NCBI GenBank assembly: GCA_951406725.2
Contig: OX597814.1
Span: forward strand, 6,572,001 to 6,636,000
DNA: 64,000 nt
Origin: Octopus vulgaris
Lineage: Eukaryota
Reading direction: 5' to 3'
Shown here: positions 1 to 13,740 of the stretch, piece by piece
How the letters are laid out: the number at the start of each line of letters is the position of its first letter
Numbering within the stretch: position 1 is the stretch's first letter
Notes under the pieces: model-generated
Databases searched by the model: none
What the model was told of the DNA's origin: nothing
Seen by the model: only the letters and a program-made list of their open reading frames with translations
Program-made: the position numbers and the translations under genes

Positions 1-420
1 TTTTGTGAGATGGAAGGGGTTTTACAAGTTGTCCAAGACCAAATAATATCAATCTAGGCTGCTGTTTCTCTTTCAATGGTTACATGTTACCAGCTGCAGC
101 AAAAGACATGGGTCAGAAGGAAATTCCAAGGAGCAAACATTGTGAGGGAAAAGGACTGAGTGTGTTGGGGTGGATGGACTCACCCTGGGTGGCACAGAAT
201 CAGCCAGTTCTGCTGGTCAGAATACACCGCCCATGTGTGGATTAGCCAATCACTTGAATATCCTTCTTTCAGCTGCTGCCTGTGCATCAAATAGCTGCAC
301 CAACTTTCCAGATGTGGGAGCAGAAATCCATTGTGAGTCTCACCTGACAGAGATTCCAGTTGTTGAGGCTTGAAGAGGATTTGTTATTAGTAAGATAGGA
401 TTGACAAAAGGTCAACATAG
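1..420 (-). mobile_element. Old LINE (CR1/Jockey-group) RT C-terminal remnant
   Basis: Minus-strand VRLTMDFCSHIW resembles the IRP.MEYCSHIW motif. Heavily decayed. Confidence 0.45.
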
Positions 421-1939
421 ATTTATAAGGATTTATAAATGTAGTTCCTATTTGTAAACACAAATAGGTTTTTTTTCTTGCATGAATTTAATTTCTCTAG
501 ATCAGTTTTAATTGATGGCCTGTAAATGCCATTAAAAGTGTTTCCTAACTTTCAGTCAGACATGGCTAATTATTCTGATCCATTGATTTAACTTTCTCGC
601 ATAACTGGTGCAAACATAAAGCAATAATGAGGAAACCATCAATTAATTGAGGCCTTAAAATCTGGCCATAATTTCTGTTCAGTACCAAACTCCATTTTTA
701 TGTGTTACCTTTGGAAAGCGGTAGAGCTCTTTGCAATTAGAAATAAAAGATACATTCTTTCATTTTTGGTATTTTATCAAAATAGATTCCAGCAAGATTT
801 TTGCTTTATTTTTGATTTTTGTTTTACTGATTTTTAAGAAAATAAATAAAATTTAAATGATGAATTACTATACATTATATAACTTATTGTTTTCCTTTTC
901 ATTCAAAAATTATTTTATAATTTTAGTTATAACATTTTTTACTTTTAATTTTCATCAGATTGATTTTTAAATCAATAGTATTCCTTAATGTAGATCAATC
1001 AATGAATCAGTAAGTTCTTCTTTCACAAAACATTGCATCTTTAACAGTGGATGTGTATCTAGATCCATTTCACCTTCCCTTCCTGGATCATCCCTCTTAC
1101 TGTATTTGCCGTTCGTTTATTTAACCCTAGGAATGCCACAGCTACACAATCTCAGTCTATTGTTGTTACATCACCATATTTACAGGCAATTCTACAGGGT
1201 GTGGCAAACAAACCCCTCATATTGTAGCTGGTCATTGGTGTAAAATGTAAGTAGGAATTATTCTGCTACACCATACTTAACAGTAGCAGAGCTTCACTAT
1301 TTTGGGTTATTCTAGTACAGAGTCTAAGTCACCGTATTTACAGTTTCCATATATATTTTTGACATATCCTACCTCAGTGGAAGAAAAAATCAAAATGGTC
1401 TGCACAGCAGCATTTATTCGACAGGGGATCAAAGAATTCTCCAAACTGCAGTCTCTAAACAGCCAGTACACAGCAGTTTTAGAAATGAAACTCTTCTAAT
1501 TAATTATAGTAAAACACGTCATCATCATTCGTTTGCCATGCTGGCATGGGTTGGATGGTTGACAGGGGCTGGGAGCCATATCAGGGGCCATCATATTTTG
1601 GCATGGTTTCTACAGCTGGATGCCCTTCCTAATACCAACCACTTTACAGAGTGTACTAAGTGTTTTTCTATATGGCACCATCACTGAGAGGGTCACCAAT
1701 TACCTTACAAGACAAAAAAAGGCAACAAACCCTCTGCTTGGATGGGATAAATATTTAACAATATAATTCATCTCCTCTAATTCTCAAAAGCTTTTCAAAG
1801 AATCTTGCCAAGCTCCACCTTGTCAGTTATTACCATTTTACTGGTTCCTGGCAGGAAGCCGCAGCCATGCTGGGCTGCATTGTTTTACTTAGAATTTTTT
1901 TAATTTCTATTTTGCTATTTAAAAAAATATTTTCAGTTA

Positions 1940-2300
1940 GGCATCACTATGTGGTAAGAAGCTTACTCCATAACCACATGGTTCCAGGTTCAGTCCCACT
2001 GCATGGTGCCTTGAGCAAATGTCTTCTGCTATAGCCTCAGGCCGACAAAAGCCTTGTGACTAGATGTAGTAGACAAAAACTGAAAGAAGCCTATCGTGTG
2101 TGTGTCTTTGTGTCTCTTCCCCACCCCACTGCTTGACAACCAATGCTGATGTGTTTATGTTTCTGTAACTTAGCAGTTTGACAAAAGTGACTGATAAAAT
2201 AAGTACCAGGTTCTAAAAAGAAGCAAAAAAAAAAAAAAAAACGACGACTGGGGTTCATATATTCAACTAAAAACCCTCCAAGTTTGTGCTCCAGCATGGC
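1940..2300 (+). mobile_element. tRNA-derived CORE-like SINE; other copies at 2910-3200 (-), 16838-17235 (-), 31905-32745 (-, split), 42530-42850 (-), 56378-56540 (+)
   Basis: B box ggttcagtccc, gcaccttgggcaagtgtcttct central domain, internal (TG/TA)n, and ctccagcatggcc 3' part. Confidence 0.8.
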
Positions 2301-3901
2301 CAAAGATTTTATAATTATTTAATTTTACTATTTTGAAATGTATTTTATAGAAACTTTTCTTCGTTGTTGAAGTTGGTTTATTTGTCAGAAGTAAACCATT
2401 AAATGTTTTTGGTGCTTCTCAAAGTCATTCTCAGAACAATGGCAAAGAGCGCATCAGGAAACAAACGGTCAACTTTTCAAATCTGTTTTTTTTCTCAAAA
2501 TACGTTGTGTGTTCAGTTTCTCCAGGACAGAGTTTATTTTATTTATTCATCTGTGTGTGTGTGTGTGTTAAAAGCTAATTTCTTTCAACGTGAAAGTTGT
2601 TAGCATTTGTGTAAACAACCTTGTCGCATATTTATTGTTAGTAGAAGTCAGTTACCTTTGTGAGACCAATAAGTACAAGGGAACTCCTCTTGAAAATGTC
2701 GTCTTCGTATTCTGGAAATAGCTGGTCCCTTATGATAAATGACATGCCAACATGTACAGTCAGTACAATACTTTCAGCAATATCTACCTAGTCCTAGCAC
2801 TTGTCTACAAACAAAGGGGCCAATTTCTGGGCCCAGACTCCCAAGCATACATCCAGTTCTAAAACTGTTTAAGCAAGATTTTCATTCTAATTATCTTTTA
2901 TCTTCTACCTTTTCCTTGTTTTAGTCTTAAGACTGTAGCCATGCTGGGGCGCCACCTTCAGGAATTTTAGTCAAATGAATCAGCCCCAGGATTTATTTTT
3001 CATTTGAGCCTAGCACTTATTCTATCGATCTCGTTTGCCAAACTGCTACAAGGGCTTCTTTCAGTCTGTTTACCAAATCCACTCACAAGGCTTTGGTTGG
3101 CCCTAGGCTGTAGTAGAAGACACTTGCCCAAGGTGCCACACAGTGGGACTGAACCTGGAACCATGTCGTTGGGAAGCAAACTTCTTACCACACAACCATG
3201 CATGTTTTGCTTGCTTGTTTTTTGTTTTTTTTTATATAAATACTAAAAATTTACCTGAAATTGGTTTGGTTCTTTCTCATCATCATCATTTTAACATTTA
3301 CTTTTCTATGCTTTCGTGAGTCAGACTGAATTCGTTAAAGCAGGTTTTATACAGCAGGATGCTCTTTCTGTTGCCAACCGTCACCTGCTTCCAAGCAAAG
3401 TAACATGGCTCCCCCTCGTGACCAGACATGTTTTCACTGTTGATTGGAAATGAAGGGCATCTTTTGTGTGATGGTTGTTTGTTTACAACTATCATGCAGT
3501 GTCAAGGTAAAGAGATGCTATCACACACAAACACACACATACACAACCATGCACATACACACACACACACATGATGGGTCTCTTGTGCAAACAGAACAAA
3601 GAGCACAGAAACGGGGCCAGTGGGTTTTTTTGTTAATTATGAAAACAATGAAGGAGGTATTTGAATTACGATGATTAGGAAACTAAATTCAATAACTTTT
3701 TCTGTTTCACTTGTAACTATTTTTAGTTTTCACCTGCCATTAAGCCAGTCTGTGTTTATGAAATGAAAGAATCAGTGAACTTGAGCAGTCAATCTAGTTC
3801 AGGTGTGCAAACTTTTATTCCTGTCCCACTGGGGTTTAACCTAAATCAATAACACAGCTTTTATATATTTAACCTGAAACAACAATAATGACAGTTTCTC
3901 C

Positions 3902-3941
<40 letters not shown>

Positions 3942-4599
3942 ATACTATTGATTAGACAAATGCCATTAACTGTGCTGAGCATGAAATATATTTCCCAGCA
4001 ATTTTAGATGGTTATATTGACCCTAGCATTTTACCTAGTATTTATGTTATCAATCTCATTTTTGTCAAATGGTTATGTCCACCTTGGCTTAAATCCACAG
4101 GAATCTCAGTATTCAAATGCAACAAAGTGTTTTTACAGCTCATTGGTTTGTAGATCAAACCTCAGTAAAAAAGCATCGGATGGTGCTTTTTATATGCCAC
4201 CGGCACCGAAGCCAGTCAAAGCGGCACTGGCATCGGCCACATTTGGTTGGTGCTTTTTACGTGCTACTGGCACGAGGCTCACAACTACAATTTCCATTTG
4301 ATTTGATCTTGATATTGTTGTTGATGTTGATGTACTTGACTCAATAGGTCTCCTCAAGCACGGCATGTCGCCCTACAATCCAAGGTACTTTTGAGTGGGC
4401 TGGGGCTATGCGACACTGGTGTAGGCTACAGCTGTGGACTTACTTTATTTGCCGGGTCTTCTCAGTCACAGCATACCTCCAGAGGTCTCGGTCTTTTGTC
4501 ATTGCCTCTGAGGCCCAACGTTTGAAGGTCATGCTTCACCACCTCATCCCATGTCTTGAATAAAACTGACTGGGCAAAGTTCAGAGTTACTACCTTTGT

Positions 4600-5040
4600 T
4601 GGTAAAGAAGGGCCTCTCCCTTGCGTATATACAAACAGCATTGCTACATGTTAGTGAAACACAAGCTGTGACTGCAGAGAACATGTGAAGGCTTGAAAGA
4701 AATGAAGCCAGCAGTCTCTTTTGAGTGTAGGATATCAGTGTGCACATAGGACAAATGGTAAATGTTTTGGGAGACAAAATGGATACAAGGCATCAGATGA
4801 AGTATGCAAGAGAGAAGCCTACACTCGTAAGGTCATGTAGTTAGTATGGATGAGGAGGAGGAGGAGAGCTGCATAAAGAAGTGCTGGTCTGTAATTGTGG
4901 AGGGAACTTGTGGAAAGGGTAGACCGAGGAAGATGTGGGATGAAGTGGTGAGAAAAGATCTTCAGATTTTGAGTCTCACAGAGGAGATGATAAAGGATTG
5001 GAACAACTGGCGATTTGCTGGACTTGAGAAAATCTGCTAA
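4600..5040 (+). mobile_element. Older RTE RT C-terminal fragment; similar fragments at 26030-26340 and 40240-40490
   Basis: CIKKCWSVIVEGTCGKGRPRKMWDEVVRKDL, and at 40262 HGSETWAMTAED..RNEAS..RWMC..LHWYGHVLHM. Confidence 0.8.
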
Positions 5041-6365
5041 GTTAGAGCCAAAAGTAAAAATGTGTCCCCACTTCCCCACCAACCTACCTTCCATCACTTA
5101 TGCTCACCACCACTGCACTCACCTCCATTCCCCCTCACATACCTACCTGCACAATATGTTCCTATCAAATCCTTTCCCCCATAACATATCCTCCCAACAC
5201 CCTCTCCCTCCACCCTACTCATTAAATTCTCTGCCCACCCCCACCTCCCACTTTCCTTTCACAGTCTCATGAACCCACTCACCCTCCCCAATCCCTGGTC
5301 CACTTCACTATATACCCCTCACTGTAACTTGGGTGTATGGCCCTCTTCCCCCCCCCTCCACAAAACATCTTCATTCTTCTCTGCTTTCTTTCTCTCCATT
5401 TGAGAGATAGCAATATTCCTCTTCCAACGCAAGATGCTTTTCCACTCCTCAATGCTACTGGGAAGGGTTAGGGATTGTCCTGCAAGTTATTTGGTACCAT
5501 GGAGAAAGCACCTGTTCCACACTCTGTAAAGTGGTTGGCATTATCAGGAAGGGCATCCAACCATAGAAACCATTCCAAAGCAGAGCTTGGGGCAATTTTC
5601 TGATTTGCTTGTTCCTGTTGCACTGTCCAACTCATGCCAGCAAAGAAACTGGACATTAAATGATGATGATGATGATGTAGAGTGTGCTGTCACAACTTTT
5701 GACGTTTCTTTTTTGCAAAGAACTTGACATTTTGAATTTACAGAAAAATTAAAATTTATGGTGACTCCTCATTAAACTGTAGCCATGATAAAATATATGG
5801 AAGGTAAATACGCTCATGCACACACATTGGCTGTAGATATTCAACAAAAGACCAATCATGATTTCTTCCTCGTCGGGTTTAATATTTAAATACCACATTT
5901 TTTTTTTTTTTTCAAATCATGGTAAAGATTTAAAATTATGAACAAATATCAACAAAAAAGTGCATTGTTTTTCTAGCACCATCCGATCGTGGCTGTTTGC
6001 CAGCCTCATCTGGCACCTGTGCAGGTGGCACATAAAAAGCACCCACTACACTCTCGGAGTGGTTGGCGTTAGGAAGGGCATCCAGCTGTAGAAACACTGC
6101 CAGATCAGACTGGGCCTGGCGCAGCCTCCTGGCTTCTCAGACCCCTGTTGAACTGTCCAACCCATGCTAGCATGGAAAACGGATGTTAAACGATGATGAT
6201 GATGATGATGATTTTATTTACATTATGATTTCTTGAATTACATTTTGAAATTGGTTTGAGGAAAGAGATGTTCCATCTTATATTTGTCATGTCTGTGTGT
6301 TGCTTGTATTTATCTTGAGGTGGTGTGAGGGAGTGAATGAGTTTCCAATAGTTATCTTGAAATTA

Positions 6366-6600
6366 TATTATTTACACTTGACGGATATTTGTCCTCATCT
6401 TGTTTGTGGTTAACACAACGTTTCGGCTCCAGTCTTCATCAGGTGTCTTGGGGAAATTTTGAACATGAGTTCTCATTCCTAAAATTCTTTTTTCAAAGTT
6501 GTTGTTTTTATTATTATTATTATTCATGTCACTGCCTGGAATCGAACTCAGAATCTTGGGGTTAGTAGCCTGCGCTCTTAACCACTACGCCATATGCCTG
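6366..6600 (-). mobile_element. Composite SINE: tRNA-like head, (AAT)n spacer, hammerhead-bearing tail; a second head at 6783-6872
   Basis: Minus strand reads ggcatatggcgtagtggttaagagcgcaggctactaaccccaagattctgagttcgattccaggc (A and B boxes), then (AAT)n, then the tail with the hammerhead at 6412-6448. Confidence 0.7.
6412..6448 (-). ncRNA. Minimal type-I hammerhead motif in a SINE-linked tail
   Basis: Reverse complement reads gacac-CTGATGA-agactggagcc-GAAAC-GTT-gtgtt. Stem I gacac/gtgtt, palindromic AACGTT; stem II looks partly deleted. Confidence 0.65.
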
Positions 6601-8214
6601 TTGCCATATGTTGCTTCATCAGGTCGTTAAGAAATTCTTTTCCTAATCATGTGGTGCTCGGTTCAATCCCATTATGTGCTTTCTTGAGCAGGTTTCTTCT
6701 ATAACCTCGGGTCTTGAGAATAGAATTTGGTTGATGAAAACTGTGGAAGTTCATTGTGCATGTGTGTAGGTAACATCTTCGTTATTATTATTATTCAGGT
6801 CACCGCCTGGAATTGAACTCAGAATCTTGGGGTTAGTAGCCCACGCTCTTAACCACTATGCATATGCCCGTGGGCATATCCGTCAAACGTAAATAATGTA
6901 TCTTCGTAATTGTGTTACATCCACATTTCATGCTCGTGTGTGTGTGTATATATATATACACACACCTGTACAAGATGTGTCAAAACATGTAAGTCGGGTA
7001 TTGTATTAAATAGGGTTTCAATATATTTAACTAAAACCATTTGGCACTGTATTCTAGCATGGCCACACTCAATTAGCTAAAAACCAATTAAAAGTAAAAT
7101 AAAAGAACGATATCAGGAAGTTTTATGCAAGACATTCTAGAATTTTCTGACTTTTGGCATATTTCCACTTTTGTGATATAGATTTAACATTGGATTAAAT
7201 AATGACCCTTTCTACTGCAGGGTACAAGGCCTGAAATTCCGTGTGGAAGGTGTGGTCAATTACGTTGACTTCAGTATTTAACTGGTTTATATTTTCTTAA
7301 CCCCAAAAGGATGACACATAAAGTTAACCTTGGCAGAATTTGAACTCAGAACATAGGCAGCTTGTCAGTCTGCAAATAAAATAAGAAGAATCATAATCAT
7401 AAATGTCCGTTTTTCCATGCTGGCATGGGTTGGATGATTTGATTGCAAACTGGTAAGGTGGTGGTGGTGGTGGTAGGGGAGGTTTGCACCAGCTTCCAGT
7501 TTGATATGGCATGGTTTCTATGACTGGATGCCCTTCCTAACATCAACCAATGTAAGAGTGGGCGTTTTTTTTACGTGCCACCAGCATAGGTGCCAATTAT
7601 GCAACACTGGTATTGGCTATGATTTCACTTGGCTTGGCAGGTCTTCTCAAGCACAGCATATCACCAAAGGTCTTGGTCACCTATCATTGCCCCTGTGAGG
7701 CCCAACATTCAAAGATCATTCTTCACCACCTCATCCCATGTCTTTCTGGGTCGACCTCTTCCACAGGTTCCCCTCCACCATGAGTGTTCATCACATCTTC
7801 ACTTAGTTGTTCTCATCCATATTATTATTGTTATTAATAATGATGATAATAATTCTTTCTACTATAAGGAGAAAATGCCTGAAATTTGAGGGAGAGGACT
7901 GGTTGATTGCATTGACCCCCACTGCATAACTGGTACTAATTTTATTGGCTCTGAACGGGACGAAAGGCAAGATCAACCATGACAGAATTTGAACGAAGAA
8001 CACTAAGCACTTTGTCCAGCTTTGCTAACAATTCTGCTGCCTTAATAATGATCATAATAATCGTTTTAAATTTTGGCACAAGGCCAAGTATTTTGGGGGT
8101 CAGGTTAAGTCAACTACATTGACCCCAGTGTGTAACTGGTACTTATTTTAGTAACCCCGAAAGGATGAAAGGTAAAGTTGGTCTTGGTGGAATTTGAACT
8201 CATTTGTAAAGGAC

Positions 8215-9083
8215 AGAATGTCACTAAGCCTGGAATTTCATAATCAGTTCCACCATGAAGCTAACAACTTAAAAGACCAGGAAGCATCATGGAGGTGGCT
8301 CAGCAAAGGTGACCTCAAAAGGAAGAAGACTGAAAGCCTAATCATTGCTGCCCAGGATCAGGCATTGAATACCAACTCAATGGAAAGGGATATATACCAC
8401 ACAGTTGCAATGAACCTCTGCAGAATATGTGGGAAAAGGGTCGAAAGTGTGACTCACATTGTCAGAGCTTGTGAAAGTCTTGCACAGAAAGAGTACAAGC
8501 GCAGACATGACAAGGTAACCCCAAAATCTTCACTGGCAACTATGCCAGAAATATATATACATAAGAGGTAACAGGTTCTTGATAATGGACAAAAACAAGA
8601 AAGCAAAGATGCTCTGGAACTTTGACTTCTAGACAGACAAAATTTTAGAGCACTGACAGCAAGATATAGTAGCCTTTAGGAGGGTCAAAGAAGAGTGCCT
8701 TATCATAAATGTGGTCATGCCAGGAGATCAACATATTTTTTGAAAGAAAGGGAAAAGTTCGACAAATACGGAGACCTAAGAACTGAGATCACCAAGATGA
8801 GGCAGCTGTGAGAGTGAGACATAAAGGTTGATCCTGTTGTCATCGGAGCAATTGGCTGAATACCACCTGACCTGAAGAAACATCTGGAAACTTTTGAAAT
8901 ACCCAACAGTCTAGGTGTATTGCAAAAGTCGGCATTACTTGGAACTGCATACCATGCCAAGTACTGTCTGAGGCGTTTGTTGTGTCTTTGCAGACTGTAC
9001 AAATCCTCAGAAGACACACAATTCTTCAATCTGCATCATGATATTGGATACTGTGCAATGGCTTCAATAATAATAATAATAAT
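8215..9083 (+). mobile_element. 5'-truncated non-LTR retrotransposon with restriction-like endonuclease (R4/Dong-like), (TAA)n tail
   Basis: TESLIIAAQDQALNT..CRICGKRVESVTHIVRACESLAQKEYKRRHDKV (CCHC knuckle), then the degenerate EKFDKYGDL..PVVIGAIG..LQKSALLGTAYH. Stops and frameshifts present. Confidence 0.85.
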
Positions 9084-9117
9084 ATCAGAAATATTGTCAC
9101 ATGAACATCGAAATAAA

Positions 9118-9527
9118 TATCAATGGAAATAGTAGTTGTGATACCTGTGCCGGTGGCACATAAAAAGCACCATCCGTACGTGGCCGTTGCCAGCGCCGCC
9201 CCAACTGGCTTCTGTGCCAGTGGCACATAAAAAGCACCATCCGAACGTGGCCGTTGCCAGCGCCGCCTTGGCTGGCTTCCATGCCGGTGGCACGTTAAAA
9301 GCTCCAACCGATCGTGGTTGATGCCGGACCCCCCTGGCACCTGTGCAGGTGGCACATAAAAAGCACCCACTACACTCGCGGAGTGGTTGGCGTTAGGAAG
9401 GGCATCCAGCTGTAGAAACTCTGCCAGATCAGACTGGAGCCTGGTGCAGCCCCTGGTTTCCCAGACCCCGGTCGAACCGTCCAACCCGTGCTAGCGCGGA
9501 AAACGGACGTTAAACGATGATGATGAT
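9118..9527 (+). mobile_element. RTE LINE 3' UTR copy with tandem units and (GAT)n tail
   Basis: ggtggcacataaaaagcacc units, then ggcgttaggaagggcatccagctgtagaaac, then ggacgttaaacgatgatgat. Confidence 0.85.
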
Positions 9528-10444
9528 TTCTTTAAAATATTTCTTCTTCTTTGTTGTGTGTGTCACATGTTCTGAATGTTTTAAATTCCTTGAAACTTGT
9601 TTCCATCAGTTTTCAGTGAATTTTATTGTTGATTCTTTGTTACATTTTAAAGTTTTCTGTTTAATATTGCTAATATTGAAGTTCTATATTTTGTGATCTG
9701 TATATCCCTGTATAGAATCCATTTTCAGATTCTAGCTTGGTGTATATTGATATGTTTTGATGTGTAGGACGGGTGGGGCCCAGTATTTGCCCCGATTTCA
9801 ATCTATCCTGAAACATCAGCTGAACATGATTGGAAATGAAATCGGAAACCATAGGGGTCTTCAACTGTTCTTTTAACCTACTTACCTAGTTTGTACAATA
9901 GAATCTATTAAAGTATTGCTCCCCCAACACAGGTGTGGAATTTTTTTTATAAACCATCAGGGTTCATTTGGCAGAATTTGAACTCAGAACATAGGCAGCT
10001 TGTTAGTCTGCAAATAAAATACACACTGGGGTCAATGTAGTTGACTTAACCTGACCCCTAAAATACCTGGCCTTGTGCCAAAATTTGAAACGATTATTAT
10101 GATCATTATTAAGGCAGCAGAATTGTTAGCAAAGCTGGACAAAGTGCTTAGTGTTCTTCGTTCAAATTCTGTCATGGTTGTTCAGTGGTCTTCATATATT
10201 TCTACAGAAACACTAACCTGACATGTTTTTGAAACCATTACAAGAGATTTGATATTCAGTTTTAATCATTCTTGAGGTCTTAAATGATAGTTTTGTGTTG
10301 TTTAAATTCAATAAAACTATTTTTTTAATAAAATGGACTTTTCTGCATAAAATATTCTTTAAAGATATATGGTAACAATGTCATTTTAAGCTGCTGGAGT
10401 CAAAAACATCATAGAAATCCTCTGGTTAAACAAACACACACACA

Positions 10445-10484
<40 letters not shown>

Positions 10485-12066
10485 TGCACACACCCACACA
10501 CACAGTGGAAATATATCTCTTAGGTTTCAAGACTTTCTTTAGGAAGACTCTTTCATGAGAAATTGTTTCTGCATTCCTTGTCTTGCAGTGTTTCACATAA
10601 ATGTCTTTGATTAAGTCACAATAAGTCTTCAACCAACAAGGCAGCCTCTCAACCTGCTAGAATTAACAGCCAAACTTCCCTCAATACTACCATTAAAAAA
10701 TGAAAGAAAAAAAAAACCAACCCATTTTGCATAGTCAAGTCTTTTTGTTGATTACAAACGTGAAAAGGGACTGCTTGGTGTGTGGCTACAATCTGTTTTG
10801 TTCTAAAGCTGGCTTGATCAAGGCTGACCTGTGGTTATAATATCAGCAATAAATTTCTGATAAAACCACACTGTAAAGATCATCATCATCATCATCGTTT
10901 AACGTCCGCTTTCCATGCTAGCATGGGTTGGACGTGTGACTGAGGGCTGCACCAGGCTTCAATCTTGATCTGGCAGAGTTTCTACAACTGGATGCCCTTC
11001 CTAACGCCAACCACTTCGTTAGTGTAGTAGGTGCTTTTAACGTGTACCGGCACGGGGCTAGTCAGGTGGTACTGGCAACGACCTAGCTTGAATCTTTTAC
11101 ACATGCCACCGGCACAGGTGCCAGTAAGGCGATGCTGGTAACGATCATGCTCGAATGGTGTCTTTTACGTGCCACCGGCACGGAGGCCAGATAGCCGCTG
11201 ATATAATATTGATAGTGTATTGCTTTTCGATGTTACGCTCACCTGAACACCTCTGGCTGATGTGATAGCTCAAGAACCAAAATAAAGTATTTTCCAACAT
11301 AGGCCATCGCTACATTCTGCAAAAACTAATGTATGAAACAAAAATGTCCTGAACACTGATTCCTGTAGTCACACAACAAGATGATGATGGATGGAATGCT
11401 TTTGATGATAGGGCTGTTGTCTCCAGGCTGCTGACCTCAGTTGTAAGGTTGCCTCTACTGTTTGCTCAAAATGAAATAAGGAGATATATAAGTTCTATGC
11501 GTGTAGCCATGTGTAAAATAATGATGTCGTCCTCAGCTCTTTTGCAGCCACTTCATCTTACTACTTTTTTTTTATATATTATGTAAATTGGATTTAATTA
11601 TTCAGTTGTTCATAATATAATGTCACAACTGTGCCACTGATTCATTTTCAAGGGATTTTTTTTCCCTCTCTGTTAATATTTTCTCAAAATAAAAGAGTAT
11701 TATTAAGAATTTCTTTCTTTCTTTTCTTAACAAAATATTTATGCTTTTCACAGGTTTCATGATTGCAGTTTAGTTTTGTTCAAATCTATCTGCTAATTCA
11801 TTTTGTCATTATTATTATTATTTAGAAATACCTTTATGTAAAAGACATTATGCAGGGAAGAAAGGAAATAATGGTAATTTTCTTTTCTGATCTTTCTCTC
11901 TCTCTCTTTATATATATATGTATGTATGTGTGTGTGTGTGTGGTGTGTGTGTGCGCGTGCGTATATATATATATATAGATAGATAGGAAACTGAAAACTT
12001 CTCAAATTATTTGGAATTTCTTCTGATCTTCAGACAATAGTAACGAATAAAGCATAAAGAAAAATA

Positions 12067-12116
<50 letters not shown>

Positions 12117-12310
12117 TAGGTGAATGAATTATCCTATGTTTATCGTCAGCATGGAAAATTCGTTTAACCGAAACCTGGGTAGCAAATTCATGTCAGAAAC
12201 ACGGTTGAAGCGACCTGTCAGGGGTAGAAACTCCGGGTTCATGTGCAGAAATTTGTGTGTTGTATATGAATAAATGAAAGAATGGAGTCGAACGAAGATG
12301 TTAACAAAAT

Positions 12311-12396
<86 letters not shown>

Positions 12397-12467
12397 CCGG
12401 AGTAAACACATAAATGTGAAACAAGGTGGAAAAAAGAGTACTCAAATACCAGTGGTAGAGTAATATG

Positions 12468-12516
12468 CTTTATTTTAAGCAGCAGAAAATTGAATTTTCT
12501 GCTGCTTAAAATAAAG
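12468..12516. repeat. Perfect 24-bp-arm hairpin, collapsed relative of 42329-42493
   Basis: ctttattttaagcagcagaaaatt-g-aattttctgctgcttaaaataaag. Upstream 12395-12467 is homologous to 42256-42328. Confidence 0.9.
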
Positions 12517-12529
12517 TATATATATATAT

Positions 12530-12576
<47 letters not shown>

Positions 12577-13069
12577 GTGTGTGCATGTAAGTATATAATA
12601 GAATGTGTTGAAAATCTTTCAAATGATGAGTGTTGACTGGGTGCAGGAAAAATCCCATTAAACTTCATTTGTCGAGGCCCCTGTTTGAAAAGGTTCCATA
12701 CTAGGAAAGCTCAAGACAGGATAGAAGGTGACTTGGAGTTATGGTAGTGATTGAAAAAATAGAACAATAGTGGTCATCACCATCATTGTTTCATGTTTGT
12801 TTTCCATTCTGGCATGGGTTGGAAGGTTTGACTAAGGACTGGCAAGCAAGGAGGCTGCACTAGACTCCAATCTGATCAGACAACGTTTCTACAGCTGGAT
12901 GCCCTTCCTGACACCAACCACTCCCTGAGTGTAGTGGGTGTACAGAAAAATGTGTTATGAAAAGTCAACAAAATTTGGATGCAATCAAAGTTGGTGTACA
13001 GACAAGTGATAGGTGTATATATAGTTAGACCTATATAGCTGTTGTGTATAGTTAGGTGTATATATGTGC

Positions 13070-13740
13070 CCTCAACCACTGCTCTCTTTCTCCACTGCTA
13101 TATTTCATTCTAAACACCCTCTCTTATCTGCTAACATTCTCAATACTCTCCCATATATCTATCATCATGATCTACCTACAATAACAGCCCCTTATGTGTC
13201 CCTATATTTCCCTCTTCACTTCTCCTACACCTTGCACATCATCCCACTACTTTTTGTTCTATTCTCCTTCATGTGCCCCTCCCCCCCTATATCTCGCATA
13301 TTGCCCCCCACCTCTCCATTACTGGTGTTCCCCATCAGCTACATCCCTCCCCCGCCCTTGTTCATCTCTCATTACATTAACCTCTACCTCCACCTGCTCT
13401 TATCCTCCCCCTCTTGCCCTCTGATGAGTATCCGCACACTCCCTCATCCCCTCCCATATCCTCCCCCTCTTGCCCTCTGATGAGTATCCACACACTCCCT
13501 CATCCCCTCCCTTATGCTCACCCTCTTGGGAGACTGTTCTGGTACCCCATCACTATCTTCCTTTCGCCTCCTCCAGCCATGTATATTTCCTCTGTAACAA
13601 GACACCTGTGCTTCCCCCCCCACCATCATACTTTAGTCTTTCAACACCTGGCATAAAGCCATCCACCTCCACCTTCCCCTCCCGAATGCTTCCTGGTTGT
13701 AGGGGCTTTTCGTTTTCCCTTTTATTCGGTTCTTTTCTAT
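13070..13740. repeat. C/T-rich low-complexity tract with a 56-nt tandem duplication (13405-13515); similar tracts at 5060-5450 and 28515-29130
   Basis: cctccccctcttgccctctgatgagtatcc occurs twice. Each tract is followed by a + strand RTE-like tail, so it is probably the 3' UTR of an older RTE subfamily. Confidence 0.65.

Noticed and set aside
4008-4110. ttttag|AT GGT.. reading DGYIDPSILPSIYVINLIFVKWLCPP, loosely like the preceding MCU exon (DG...VIN...PP)
   Set aside because: Spacing and most residues do not match, and there is no suitable donor at the expected position.
12160-12246. Two GAAAC-ccgg-like-GT motifs; similar weak motif at 20995-21055
   Set aside because: The 5' core is too degenerate (TTGAAGC, CTCATGA) and stem I is unclear. 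Possibly old hammerheads, but not supportable.
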